Notes: generated by a model not told the origin, from the sequence alone. Counted from the first letter of the whole stretch, positions 38,049-51,116 are shown. The stretch: 62,987 nt of DNA, filler included, from Octopus bimaculoides (GCF_001194135.2; 3 parts of 3 records of this genome joined end to end with filler, not necessarily neighbours in it), one strand, 5' to 3'. A program made the numbers and translations.

Positions 38049-38900
38049 ATTGTTGTCTTCGTCTGGCCTTTAGCCTTTATTTTGTTTATTGTTTTGTCTC
38101 TCGTCCGTCCACTAATGGTCTCGTCTCGAGCCCATCTCGTTTTATGCTTTGGTCCCATTCCTTTCAAGTTTCTTGCTGGTGCCTCCAGAATGGAAGCAAT
38201 ATTACCGATAATGGCCGAAATTCTGTTTGACCCTCTGGCCGATGACTGAGGAGGAGTTGGTGACCTGTGTTTTCTGTTCGCCTGTGTATTTAGTATATCT
38301 TCGTTTATTTATTCACTACAAGTTTTTTTTTAATTATATATATATAGACATATAATATTTTCCGTTTGTTATCCTCTTTTTATTTAATCCTGAAAATATT
38401 ATTTATGTAACGCACGCACTCCTTAATATTTTACCTATATATAGCGTTACTGGTAACATGTAACCCACTACAACCTGTTTCACTGTCGGGTCGTCGGCGA
38501 CTAAACTGGCAACCCCACAAAGCTTGCTTGGTAAGGAAGGTGATTACTGGACACCCTGGAGGACGAAAACTAAGACCTGTCAAAGGGCGGAAGACTGATG
38601 AACAGTCAACTGCCATCCAACAATATGTGTTCATGCATGCATGTATGTATGTATGCACAGGGATATGGAAATACATGGGTTGGAGTCCAGGCGCGCCGTT
38701 GGCCCACTGAGAGTGGGAGGCCTCTCTGTTGTTGCTACATCTCTCTACGTGAGGGAAACTCTGACAGAAAACCAGCGACACTGAAAACATTCGATGATGT
38801 AGACTAGTTCTATGTTCAGAAAGTGGGATTGGATTTGTGGAAATCCTATACATATTATACATATTATACATATATATACACACATATATATATATACAAA

Positions 38901-38945
<45 letters not shown>

Positions 38946-39156
38946 TATATATCAATTAGAAAATGGAGGATAATATGCTGAACCCGACTACTTGCAGACA
39001 GTGTATCCCGTTGAATTCATTAATTTAATTCATAGCTAAAGTGACAAAAAAAGAAAAAACTCAAAGTACAGGTGTTTATGACAAACCATGTTATTTTGCC
39101 AACGGGTTTACAGATAGAAGTACAAAGTACATAAGAAATTAGAGAATGAACAGAAG

Positions 39157-39291
39157 TTTAATCTTACAGCTGTTTCGGCCTAGCTTTGGCATGCCCTATT
39201 CTATCCAAATATTTCTTGCCGGAGTGATTATCGGATGACATGTGGAAATGGGGTTACATGCCCGAACCGCTAGGCCTCTTCAGAGATTCAA
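39157..39291 (-). ncRNA. Type I hammerhead ribozyme with intact core and long helix II
   Basis: Helix I UUGAAUCU/AGAUUAAA (7/8); core CUGAAGA; helix II GGCCUAGC/GCUAGGCC enclosing 84 nt; GAAAC-AGCU-GUA. Predicted cleavage between 39165 and 39164. Confidence 0.8.
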
Positions 39292-42200
39292 AAAGGGTTT
39301 CATACAAATATAGAGCAAGAGGTAAAAACAGAGGTGTAGTAGAGACAAGAACAAAAACAATAGCAAAAATAAGATAGAAATAAAAATTAAAAATAAAATT
39401 AAAATCAAAACCAAAATAAAAATAAGGGTACAGCAGGAAAATAATAATAATAATTTAAAAAATACATAAATGAAAAATGAAAGTATAGCATATGGGAAAC
39501 TATATTAAAAAAAACCTTAAAAATACAAGGCACACAAAGAGCCTACAAACATTATAAATAGCTATAGACACTCCAATGCATATATATATGTGTGGGTTCA
39601 TGTGCATAACCTTACTCGGATGTTCCCTTACTCACATGTGTACATATACAAGTATTTATACACATGTATTCCACCACGTACGCGGTTTGTGGCATCAGTG
39701 CTATCTGCCGTATCTAGAAAGCTGTAAGTGTTTTTTAAAAAGGAAGTTTTGCTGAGTGTGCGTGTGTCATTTCTATATATTTTGGAAGGGTCTATGTGGA
39801 AGTTCATTTTACACGAGTTATTAATGTTCTAGTAGCAATAACAGTGATGATGACAATGATGACGACAACAACAACAACAACAACAATAATAATATGCCAA
39901 ACTTTCAAACTTTGTGGTGTAGGATATCCTGTTGCTTCTTCCAACGGCTCGACCATTCTGCTGCTAATGGGGGAGGGTTAATTAGTACCGTTAACTTCCA
40001 TCCTTCCAATTGGGCAACTATTGTTTTAAACTGTCTACGCTTAGCTACGGTTGGATAGACACTAACCGGTCAAGATGCTAGTACTAGCTTGCTTGTGTAC
40101 ACCCCCCCCNNNNNNNNNNNNNNNNNNNNNNNNNNNNNNNNNNNNNNNNNNNNNNNNNNNNNNNNNNNNNNNNNNNNNNNNNNNNNNNNNNNNNNNNNNN
40201 NNNNNNNNNNNNNNNNNNNNNNNNNNNNNNNNNNNNNNNNNNNNNNNNNNNNNNNNNNNNNNNNNNNNNNNNNNNNNNNNNNNNNNNNNNNNNNNNNNNN
40301 NNNNNNNNNNNNNNNNNNNNNNNNNNNNNNNNNNNNNNNNNNNNNNNNNNNNNNNNNNNNNNNNNNNNNNNNNNNNNNNNNNNNNNNNNNNNNNNNNNNN
40401 NNNNNNNNNNNNNNNNNNNNNNNNNNNNNNNNNNNNNNNNNNNNNNNNNNNNNNNNNNNNNNNNNNNNNNNNNNNNNNNNNNNNNNNNNNNNNNNNNNNN
40501 NNNNNNNNNNNNNNNNNNNNNNNNNNNNNNNNNNNNNNNNNNNNNNNNNNNNNNNNNNNNNNNNNNNNNNNNNNNNNNNNNNNNNNNNNNNNNNNNNNNN
40601 NNNNNNNNNNNNNNNNNNNNNNNNNNNNNNNNNNNNNNNNNNNNNNNNNNNNNNNNNNNNNNNNNNNNNNNNNNNNNNNNNNNNNNNNNNNNNNNNNNNN
40701 NNNNNNNNNNNNNNNNNNNNNNNNNNNNNNNNNNNNNNNNNNNNNNNNNNNNNNNNNNNNNNNNNNNNNNNNNNNNNNNNNNNNNNNNNNNNNNNNNNNN
40801 NNNNNNNNNNNNNNNNNNNNNNNNNNNNNNNNNNNNNNNNNNNNNNNNNNNNNNNNNNNNNNNNNNNNNNNNNNNNNNNNNNNNNNNNNNNNNNNNNNNN
40901 NNNNNNNNNNNNNNNNNNNNNNNNNNNNNNNNNNNNNNNNNNNNNNNNNNNNNNNNNNNNNNNNNNNNNNNNNNNNNNNNNNNNNNNNNNNNNNNNNNNN
41001 NNNNNNNNNNNNNNNNNNNNNNNNATATGTATATATATATATGAGCAACACACACATACACACACGCACGTATGTACACCAATTGCATACATATTTTTTG
41101 TACGCATACATGTTCGTATGTGTGTGTGTTGCCTGTATATCAACAAAACACGCACACACAGACATCTTGCCTTACATATATATACGGATAAATACGGATA
41201 AATGATTTAAAATAAATATATTTTGGAAATGGCGATTTACGGTACAATACCTAGAAACGTGAAAATCAGACGACATGGGTTTGTTTACATTCATTCGGCA
41301 GTTTCCGTAAAAAGCGTTGGGTTAGGGAAGTGGGAAAGAACGCGAAAGTGATAGAGAGAGCGCACTCTCCCTCTCTATCTCTCTCCCTCCCTTACACACA
41401 TGCCAGTTATCTCTCACCCCACTCTCTCTCTCCCTTACACACATGCCAGTTATCTTTCTTTCTTTCTTTCTCTCTCTCCCTGTCTCACACACACAGCAAC
41501 ATTACACACACACACACATGCTGTTCTGTCACACTAACAAAAGAACTTCACATACACACCACACTTTCTNNNNNNNNNNNNNNNNNNNNNNNNNNNNNNN
41601 NNNNNNNNNNNNNNNNNNNNNNNNNNNNNNNNNNNNNNNNNNNNNNNNNNNNNNNNNNNNNNNNNNNNNNNNNNNNNNNNNNNNNNNNNNNNNNNNNNNN
41701 NNNNNNNNNNNNNNNNNNNNNNNNNNNNNNNNNNNNNNNNNNNNNNNNNNNNNNNNNNNNNNNNNNNNNNNNNNNNNNNNNNNNNNNNNNNNNNNNNNNN
41801 NNNNNNNNNNNNNNNNNNNNNNNNNNNNNNNNNNNNNNNNNNNNNNNNNNNNNNNNNNNNNNNNNNNNNNNNNNNNNNNNNNNNNNNNNNNNNNNNNNNN
41901 NNNNNNNNNNNNNNNNNNNNNNNNNNNNNNNNNNNNNNNNNNNNNNNNNNNNNNNNNNNNNNNNNNNNNNNNNNNNNNNNNNNNNNNNNNNNNNNNNNNN
42001 NNNNNNNNNNNNNNNNNNNNNNNNNNNNNNNNNNNNNNNNNNNNNNNNNNNNNNNNNNNNNNNNNNNNNNNNNNNNNNNNNNNNNNNNNNNNNNNNNNNN
42101 NNNNNNNNNNNNNNNNNNNNNNNNNNNNNNNNNNNNNNNNNNNNNNNNNNNNNNNNNNNNNNNNNNNNNNNNNNNNNNNNNNNNNNNNNNNNNNNNNNNN

Positions 42201-42374
42201 NNNNNNNNNNNNNNNNNNNNNNNNNNNNNNNNNNNNNNNNNNNNNNNNNNNNNNNNNNNNNNNNNNNNNNNNNNNNNNNNNNNNNNNNNNNNNNNNNNNN
42301 NNNNNNNNNNNNNNNNNNNNNNNNNNNNNNNNNNNNNNNNNNNNNNNNNNNNNNNNNNNNNNNNNNNNNNNNNN

Positions 42375-42426
<52 letters not shown>

Positions 42427-43389
42427 CCTGCCTTATATATATTCGGAAAAAATGTATATATGTATGTGTCTCTGTGTGTGTGCAAAACAAAACTGGAGAG
42501 TGAGTTTCTTCATAAGGTATTTAATTCCGTCATCTTATATGTATTTCTTTAACAGTAGTACACGTTATGTAAAGGAAAAACCTCATAAACAGATTACAAA
42601 ATCAAATCCTCAGAGATATTGCATAATAAAATTAATAAGCTTTAAGCTTTACTATAGACATCGAACAGTGTTATGGTACCAACAAACGAAACTAGCGTGT
42701 TAAAATAGATTTCAAAATTTACTGAAATACTTAAGTGGTAAGGTAAAAGAATTTTATTTTTCATGATAGACAAAGGAGCAAGAACTTTTTTTCGTTTATG
42801 TCTGTTAATAGGTAGTAGAATACTACGATCAGATTATGAAAGCTCATAGCTGAACAATCCTAGCACAGTGATTTTCTATTATTTGAATTGTAATTTGCAG
42901 CTTTTATAATAAACGTACATTAGCCACATTGTGAAAATAAAGAAAGTTGTTACATCTCAAATGTTATCTATCTGTGGGAGAAAATATATTATAGAAGTTT
43001 CAGATTTGTAGTCTTCTTAGACCATTATCAGAGGAAGATTACCCACCTTTTATCCATGGATAGATTAGAACTTACAGTTATAGATAGTGCATACAAACGA
43101 GGAGGTATATCTTAGATTCGATATTATCCACAAATATTGTGTAGAACACTGTAGATTAATAAATTAACTCCTGTTGTCAACGCATCCTTTGATATGAAAA
43201 TTAGTTTAGCTGAACCACAGTTTGTATACCCTTTAAATAACCATACGGTGCTAAAAACACAATAGACAGTAGATAGATATTTGTGTTTGATAAAGCTCTA
43301 AAAAGAGTAGAAAATATTCAGAGCAATACAATTTGTCTGCCTGTGTTAGGATAAAACCAGAGATGTATGTTTATCAAAAGTATATGGCA

Positions 43390-44800
43390 TGCACTTTTGA
43401 AGGTCCGAATTACGACAAATATCAAATTTTTCAAAAACAACTTTGTATAGCATGATTTTTGCACAGTCTATTACTACATTCGGGTAGGCTTCAAAAATGT
43501 ATGAATTTTACTTTATCATTAACTTGTTACAAAGATACACCGGTAATTCCTGATTTTAATTTTTAGAGTTACTAACCTTATAATGAATGTTTCTTCTAAT
43601 TACGTACCAAAAGCCACATTCTGGCGTATCCAAAATCTTATTTATACATATCTAAAAACACATTTTGACGTACTTGAAATCATATGCCAAAACCTGAAGG
43701 TAAAAAGACTGCAGTTTGATGGGGGAGGATTACAAAAACTAATGTGTACAGGGAAATGCATGCAGAATGTTCAACTTGCTCTGATGTTAGAGGAAATCTG
43801 CAAGGATGTTAGCGTTTTGTTTAGTGTTTTCTGAATGATAAATGAGCCTGCAGAATTCAACTTTTCAGAAATCAACTTAGAAGCATTATTGTAAGAAATG
43901 TATGTATATTGGATGTCTTCGATCAGGTTAATTAACGCCTAACTCTACCTTTTGCATATTCAGTGCAAACTAAAGAATACTGGGAAAATGTTAAGCAGTT
44001 GTATACCAAAATCACAATGCAGAATTTAAATAATATATAGTGGAGTTGGTTCAATGATCTTGCGTTTATGCTTTGTTTGCATAGAAGATCACAAATTGTT
44101 CGTGTTTCTTTTGCTTATGCGATAGCAAGTACTTGTCGGATCATTTTCGGAAAGTTCTGTTAGGCCCGTGACAGAAATTACAGCCAGGAAGTTAAATGTT
44201 GTTAAACTATCTTACGGATACTGAAAAATTTTTGTCGGCCCCACTTTTGCTGCGGAAACAATTTGTGAAGACCTAAGGTTTTGGGTAAGAAGCCTTATCA
44301 ATCTGCATTATGTTTTATGTTTCCAAAGCTTTTTGATACCAAAGTCTAAGATGGTATATTTGTTGGACCATAAGCAAATGTGATGACAAAAAAAAAGATT
44401 AGAAGAGAGATCAGTAAAGACGAACAGAGAACAAGGTGTATACTTCGATGTGATTTCTTGTGATCTGCAAAGTTCCTAACTTCAAAAAGCTAGTGGTAAG
44501 ACTTATTGAAAGTTATAAAAACATGGTCTACTATATATCTTTAAAAATGCATTTCTTGCGTTCTTATCTTGATCTATTTCCCCCGAAACTTCACTGACGT
44601 TAGTTCTATATTTAAAAGATGAGGAATTATGTACATTATTTACATTATTCACATAATGTAAATAATGTAAATAATGTTCACAGACGTTGTTCAGGAGCAC
44701 TAGAAAAGTTTCACCAAGACCTTGTAAGATTGGAAAAAGTTTCTGCTGGGATGCTGTAATAATGGAAGTCTATACAGGGTCCTTGGTTGGAAGGAAATTA
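43390..44800 (+). pseudogene. Heavily decayed Chapaev3-like DNA transposase
   Basis: TLPFAYSVQTKEYWENVKQL, CFFCLCDSK, KQFVK, FPKLFDTKV*DGIFVGP, SLKMHFLRSYLDLFP, EKFHQDL, WDAVIM follow the order of the SLKxHFLxSHLDFFP...GERFHQDI transposase family. The name Chapaev3 is from memory. Confidence 0.7.
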
Positions 44801-45334
44801 AAGCATTTATAGAAGAATGCTTAATTTATAGAATTAAAGCATTTGTAGAAAAATGGCTTCTTCAAAGCCCTTTTAATTTTGTTCCATATTTTTCTAGTTT
44901 GAAAATTGTTTTATTTATTAAATGTATTCATTTGGAAAATAAGGAAACATTAAGTCTTTACTTTGCCAGTTATTTTATTTGTTGAATACTTTTATTTCAG
45001 AAGTTTTTACGAAATTAAACGCAATCATCTAAGTCGATTTTCCTTGTGTTAATCAAAGAAGAAATCGACTTGCTTTTCTTCATCACTTTATTATAATGAT
45101 GATTATGCAGTAATATACATATATGTGACCAGAGCTTCTAAGAAAGACAAAGTACTGGAATTTCAATTGGTAATAATATTATGAAAATAAACAGTATTTG
45201 ATCAACATGCTGAGGCCTGGAGCAGAACTAGGAATCGTTACACTTTCAATCTAACGATTCCTCAACTGAGCTACATCAATTTTACATAAATGATCTCATT
45301 ATTTGAAGAAATATAGAAAACGATTTGACAGGAT

Positions 45335-45510
45335 TGTTCCTGTGCTGGTTAAAATGCTTAGCAACATTTCTTCTGGCTTTATGTCCTGATTCAAATTCCA
45401 CCGATATCGACTTTGCCTTTCATCCCTTACGCGGTGATAAAACAATAACAGCGGAAAACTGGAGTCGGTGCAATCGACTAGTCCACTTCCCCTAGATAAT
45501 CGGACCTGGT
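45335..45510 (+). mobile_element. Diverged SINE family B
   Basis: AAATGCTTAGCAACATTTC...TCGACTTTGCCTTTCATCC...GCAATCGACTAGTCC. Confidence 0.75.
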
Positions 45511-46196
45511 GCCTACAGTACAAAAACGGTGTATGTGAGTGTGTGTGTGTTTGTGTCCTGATCGTAAAGACTAGCAGAAGACGGTGAAATCACGGACGTA
45601 TTTAGAGTATTGAACGCGCGACCATAAAATTCAGGAATTCATGCTGTGCTTCATGTGACGCTGCTCCAGTCAAATCAGCTGTAAATTAGCACCAGCCCAG
45701 TGCTGCTGCAAGTTATTACATCCTGATGTTCCACGAGTTCAAGAGTGAAGGACTATATAGGCCAACTAAAGCAATTAGAGAAGTGTAATGCATGTTACCA
45801 AATCATATCCCCTTGCAGATGACGTTCAACTACATATATTAGAAAACAGCTGAGAGGGGTCGCTGTTTCTGCAAGAAAGAATAAAAAGGGAACGAATATC
45901 CAGCTCTAGATGAACATTGTATTACATAAAATCTCTATACAAAGGTAAAATTATTTACGAATTGACAGATTAATTATTTTTCTTTTGTTTTTCTTTGCTT
46001 TTGCTCAATGATCGAAATACATACACAAAACTTGAGATGAACAAAACACATATTACCTGATATAATGGGTTTATTGTAATTTCCTGCAAGCTGTTATCGG
46101 CTAAAATTTCACCAAGGCTTTGTTGACAATAAATTTTCTAATTGTACGTAATAAATATACACGTCTAAGGGATAGTCATCGCGTGTGTGTGTGTGT

Positions 46197-46239
<43 letters not shown>

Positions 46240-47169
46240 CGTGCGTGCGTGTGTGTGTCTGTCTGTGTTTGTCTGTCTGTCTGTGCAAAGGCAATGCACT
46301 GGTCTAGACTGCTGCCTGATAGCTAAAGTTGCAAAGGGCTGCAACAAATACCATAGGATATATTTATCCAACTCTCTAACAACTCTCCCACCGGTATTGA
46401 TTCTTCCTCATTCGTTTCATTCGTGATTTCAATAAAACGATACAATTCTATCGGTGGGTAGCCATTGAATATAGCGAAATAGCTGATTGCCTCTTTATCA
46501 ACTCAGGAAGAACAGAGGGCAAAGGCAGCTACATCGAATTTGAATTCAAAACACAAACATATAAAGGAAACTCGTTCAGTATTCTACCGATTATGCTATA
46601 TCACCGGCATTTATTGTTAAGAGCAGCACATGCCAACAAAGTGACACTGGGATACAAATATGCGGAGCCCAATATACCCATCATGACTACCCGTCTGATA
46701 AGGGTACACCGAGCACATGCATCACAGCCATACATGTGCGACATGGTGATCTCATATCATGATAAACGGCGCATGATCTTGCAGGTGGAGCCTAGTTACA
46801 TTTTTTTTTCTGGTCGAATAGCCCATCCTGCTCAAAAGATCCCTGAATAAGGGTTGTTTAAGGATGATGCCCAAAACACCCATCTTTCCAGTGGCGAATT
46901 ATTTAAACCTCAAATAAATTCCTCTCGACACATGGCTATGATGCTCCCCCACAACTTCTGCTCGTGGCCAGAGATGCACATATTGTCAGCCACTAAGGGA
47001 CATGCTCAATTGGTTAAGGTCAAACAACTGACAAGCAAATCTGCGGTATTGAACAGAATATATATTGTAGCCTATCTTTTATACCAAGATAAAACGTACA
47101 TGATAGCAATTCCAATCAGTTAAGATACGCCATGAGAGTCACTACCTGATACTGCATCAGGGAATTTAT

Positions 47170-47174
47170 TATTA

Positions 47175-47254
<80 letters not shown>

Positions 47255-47525
47255 TACTTTTAATCTGCATGTTTGTTACAGTCACTTGCCGAGACACAAT
47301 CAGTTTTCTGGAGCGACTGAAGGGTTTTTCGAAGGGTGTGGGCAGTACTTGTCAGTATAATCTTTTGGATTTCTCTGAGACATGATTCTCCTGGGATCTT
47401 ATCTAGATGTTTCTGACATTCCTGTTTTTATCATACCTAGGGCAGCTACAATAACAGGAACAGGTCCCGTTTCACGATGTCACATCTTTTTATTTCAATT
47501 TCCAGGTCCTTATATTTACTAAGCT
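47170..47525 (-). mobile_element. R4/Dong-type RLE 3' fragment with (TAA)n tail
   Basis: LSKYKDLEIEIKR...VPVIVAALGMIK...IQKIILTSTAHTLRKTL, a short UTR, then a long (TAA)n run at about 47170-47255. Confidence 0.8.
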
Positions 47526-47544
47526 GTCACAACTTTTGTATTAT

Positions 47545-48030
47545 CATTATTGTTGTTGTTGTTGTTGTCTTTGCACAGTTTGTAACGCTGAAGATGCACT
47601 ACAGTGCCAGCTGTTCACTACCAGTGAACTAAGCTAACACGCCTTATTTTTCGAGCACCATCCGGAGTATTCGAGCGGTTCCAAGTAGTGCTGCTCTCTG
47701 CAAGTGCTCCACCCTTATTGCAGCCCCTATTTGTTCCATGTACTCACTTTTTGCAGGGCTCCTACAATTATTAATATTACTTCCAAATTTTTCTGCGACC
47801 AGAACTGCTTAACCTCCCAAGCTAACCTCTCATATCTATCGACTTTTCTTTCTTCCTCATCACATAGTTTGTTGTTAGCTGAGCATGTTATATCTATGAT
47901 CTAGCATCGTTTGCTTTCTTTCTTAATTAAGACTATGTTTGGTTTCCTATTCTCTATCTGATGGTCGCACTGAATCACAAAATCCCATAGGATCTTTGCA
48001 TTACCATTTTCAATGATGCCTTTGGGTTTA
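47545..48030 (-). mobile_element. R4/Dong-type RLE 3' fragment (different subfamily) with (CAA)/(TAA) tail
   Basis: KWYEHKP...KILWDF.IQCDH.IENRKPNIV...KVDRYERLAWEVK...IIVGAL...LQRAALLGTARILRMVL*. Confidence 0.85.
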
Positions 48031-48203
48031 TGTTCGTACCATTTTTAATCTGCACGTTTGTTACAATTACTTGCCGAGACACACTCAGCGACCTAGGGTG
48101 AGTGAAGAATAAGATGTTACAATATGACTGAAAGCTTGTGGAGAAGAAATGGCAGGTGCAGTAACGAAATACCTTCATGTAATACAACACAGACGTTTAA
48201 ATG

Positions 48204-48205
<2 letters not shown>
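48030..48205 (-). mobile_element. 3' UTR-only fragment of the same family as 47170-47525
   Basis: TTTTAATCTGCA(C/T)GTTTGTTACA.T.ACTTGCCGAGACAC is shared with about 47258-47298. Confidence 0.7.
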
Positions 48206-48236
<31 letters not shown>

Positions 48237-48860
48237 GGACGAAGAGTGCGATTTTAGATGTTTTATTTTTTTAACAATATTTCGACAGAACGTCTGTCTT
48301 TCTCAAGTTCAAACCAAAAGGTGATTGAAAATTCAAAATTTCAGAAACCAAACGTAAACTATGAACGTGAGTAACCAACGTCCATACGTTGATAGAATGA
48401 CATCATCAGCTTTTGTCAGTTTTTTAATAAGCAGAAAGAAAGAAAGAAAAAGAAAGACGACAGAAAAAGAAAAGAAAAAGAGAGAAAGAAGAATATTCAA
48501 TCAAACAGTTTTGTATAAATTTGATGATATTCTCCTGTCATCTTATTCATTCCTCCAGGGTGTGATGTCAATANNNNNNNNNNNNNNNNNNNNNNNNNNN
48601 NNNNNNNNNNNNNNNNNTTAATTAATTAANNNNNNNNNNNNNNNNNNNNNNNNNNNNNNNNNNNNNNNNNNNNATATATATATATATATATATATAAATA
48701 ATATATAAATATATGCATATATCCATACATATATGTACATACCTACATCTATATGTATACATACATGCATATATGGGTACAGGACATAAAAAAAACAACT
48801 TTAAACACAATGAGAAACAAAAACGAAAACAGAAAACGAACTTTTTCTTGAACATCGAAA

Positions 48861-49205
48861 ACCACATGGTTCCGGGTTCACTCCCACTACATGGCACCTT
48901 GAGCAAGTGTTTTCTACTATAGCCTCGGACCGACCAAAGCCTTGTGAGTGGATTTGGTAGATGGAAACTGAAAGAAGCCCGTCGCATATATATATATATA
49001 TACTTATGTTTTCGCCTTTGTGTCTGTGTTTGAAACCCCCACCCTATATCGCCCCATCGCTTGACAACTCATGTTGGCGTGTTTAGGTATCCCTAAATTA
49101 GCGGCTCGGCAGAAGACACCGATAGAATAAGTACCAGGTTTACAAAGAATAAGTCCAAGCGCTGCTCCAGTATGGTCATAGTCAGAAGGATAAAACGGGT
49201 AAAAT
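48861..49205 (+). mobile_element. SINE family A, 5'-truncated with internal deletion
   Basis: Head, microsatellite and tail motifs are shared with the 18821 copy. Confidence 0.85.
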
Positions 49206-49215
49206 ATATACATAC

Positions 49216-49267
<52 letters not shown>

Positions 49268-50109
49268 ATATATATATATGTATCTATGTACATATATATA
49301 TATATATATGTATCTATATATAAATATATATATATATATATATANNNNNNNNNNNNNNNNNNNNNNNNNNNNNNNNNNNNNNNNNNNNNNNNNNNNNNNN
49401 NNNNNNNNNNNNNNNNNNNNNNNNNNNNNNNNNNNNNNNNNNNNNNNNNNNNNNNNNNNNNNNNNNNNNNNNNNNNNNNNNNNNNNNNNNNNNNNNNNNN
49501 NNNNNNNNNNNNNNNNNNNNNNNNNNNNNNNNNNNNNNNNNNNNNNNNNNNNNNNNNNNNNNNNNNNNNNNNNNNNNNNNNNNNNNNNNNNNNNNNNNNN
49601 NNNNNNNNNNNNNNNNNNNNNNNNNNNNNNNNNNNNNNNNNNNNNNNNNNNNNNNNNNNNNNNNNNNNNNNNNNNNNNNNNNNNNNNNNNNNNNNNNNNN
49701 NNNNNNNNNNNNNNNNNNNNNNNNNNNNNNNNNNNNNNNNNNNNNNNNNNNNNNNNNNNNNNNNNNNNNNNNNNNNNNNNNNNNNNNNNNNNNNNNNNNN
49801 NNNNNNNNNNNNNNNNNNNNNNNNNNNNNNNNNNNNNNNNNNNNNNNNNNNNNNNNNNNNNNNNNNNNNNNNNNNNNNNNNNNNNNNNNNNNNNNNNNNN
49901 NNNNNNNNNNNNNNNNNNNNNNNNNNNNNNNNNNNNNNNNNNNNNNNNNNNNNNNNNNNNNNNNNNNNNNNNNNNNNNNNNNNNNNNNNNNNNNNNNNNN
50001 NNNNNNNNNNNNNNNNNNNNNNNNNNNNNNNNNNNNNNNNNNNNNNNNNNNNNNNNNNNNNNNNNNNNNNNNNNNNNNNNNNNNNNNNNNNNNNNNCCCC
50101 CCTCCCGCC

Positions 50110-50306
50110 CCAGGGCTTGTTTGTTAAGTTTACTACTTATTCTATCGTTGTTTTTTGTTGGGTTTTTTTTTGCCAAATCGCTAAGTTACGGAGACATAAA
50201 CACACCAACACCGGTTGCCAAGCGGTGAAAGGAGGATAAACAGACACTAAGACACACACACACATACATACATGCATACATACATACATGCATACATACA
50301 TACATG

Positions 50307-50337
<31 letters not shown>

Positions 50338-50681
50338 CTACCAAATCCACTCACAAGGCTTTGGTCGGCCCGGGACTATAGCAGAAGACACTTGTCTAAG
50401 GTGTTATTTATAAACACACGCTCTGGTTCTATTTAACTTCTGTTTTATTCGTCAATTGGTTGACCATTTAACCAAATAACTAATCAACTTCGTTGATTAA
50501 TCATTCGGTAAATGAATCCATGACATGTGGCGGCGTGGTAAGAAACTTGGTTCCTAACCACATGGTTCCGAGTTCAGTCCACTGCGTGGAACCTTGAGCA
50601 AGTATTATCTACCATAGCCGCAGGTCGACCAACGCCTTGTGAGTGGATTTGCTAGACGGAAACTGAAAGAAGCCCGTCGAG

Positions 50682-50730
<49 letters not shown>

Positions 50731-50776
50731 CCCAGCATGGCCGCAGTCTTATGACTCAAACAAGTGAAAGATAAAA
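50110..50776. mobile_element. Two SINE family A copies in opposite orientation (50110-50403 minus; 50525-50776 plus)
   Basis: CCAAATCCACTCACAAGGCTTTGGTCGGCCC on one and the reverse-complement-like GTCGACCAACGCCTTGTGAGTGGATTTG on the other. Confidence 0.8.
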
Positions 50777-51049
50777 GCTCCGTCCAAAGTCCTTTCGTCG
50801 ACATTGACAACCTCTTTAATGACCAAATGAAATTGGTCTCATATTAATTGATTCCATTTTGGGGCAAGTATGGGCGACAGCCATGTACATGTTTCCATCT
50901 TACTAGACCTCTTCAGTGAAATCTTCTCTCCACTTGTACTTGCCAGATTTCGGGGTACATGAGGTACCCTGGTAGGGGGCCAACATTCATAGATAATCAC
51001 AGTAGCTGGCTGTGGTGGGTGGGGTGGAGGGATAGTTTTATATAGATGA

Positions 51050-51085
51050 TCTAGATGAGGTTAATGGTTATAGTGGTGGCCAATG

Positions 51086-51116
<31 letters not shown>

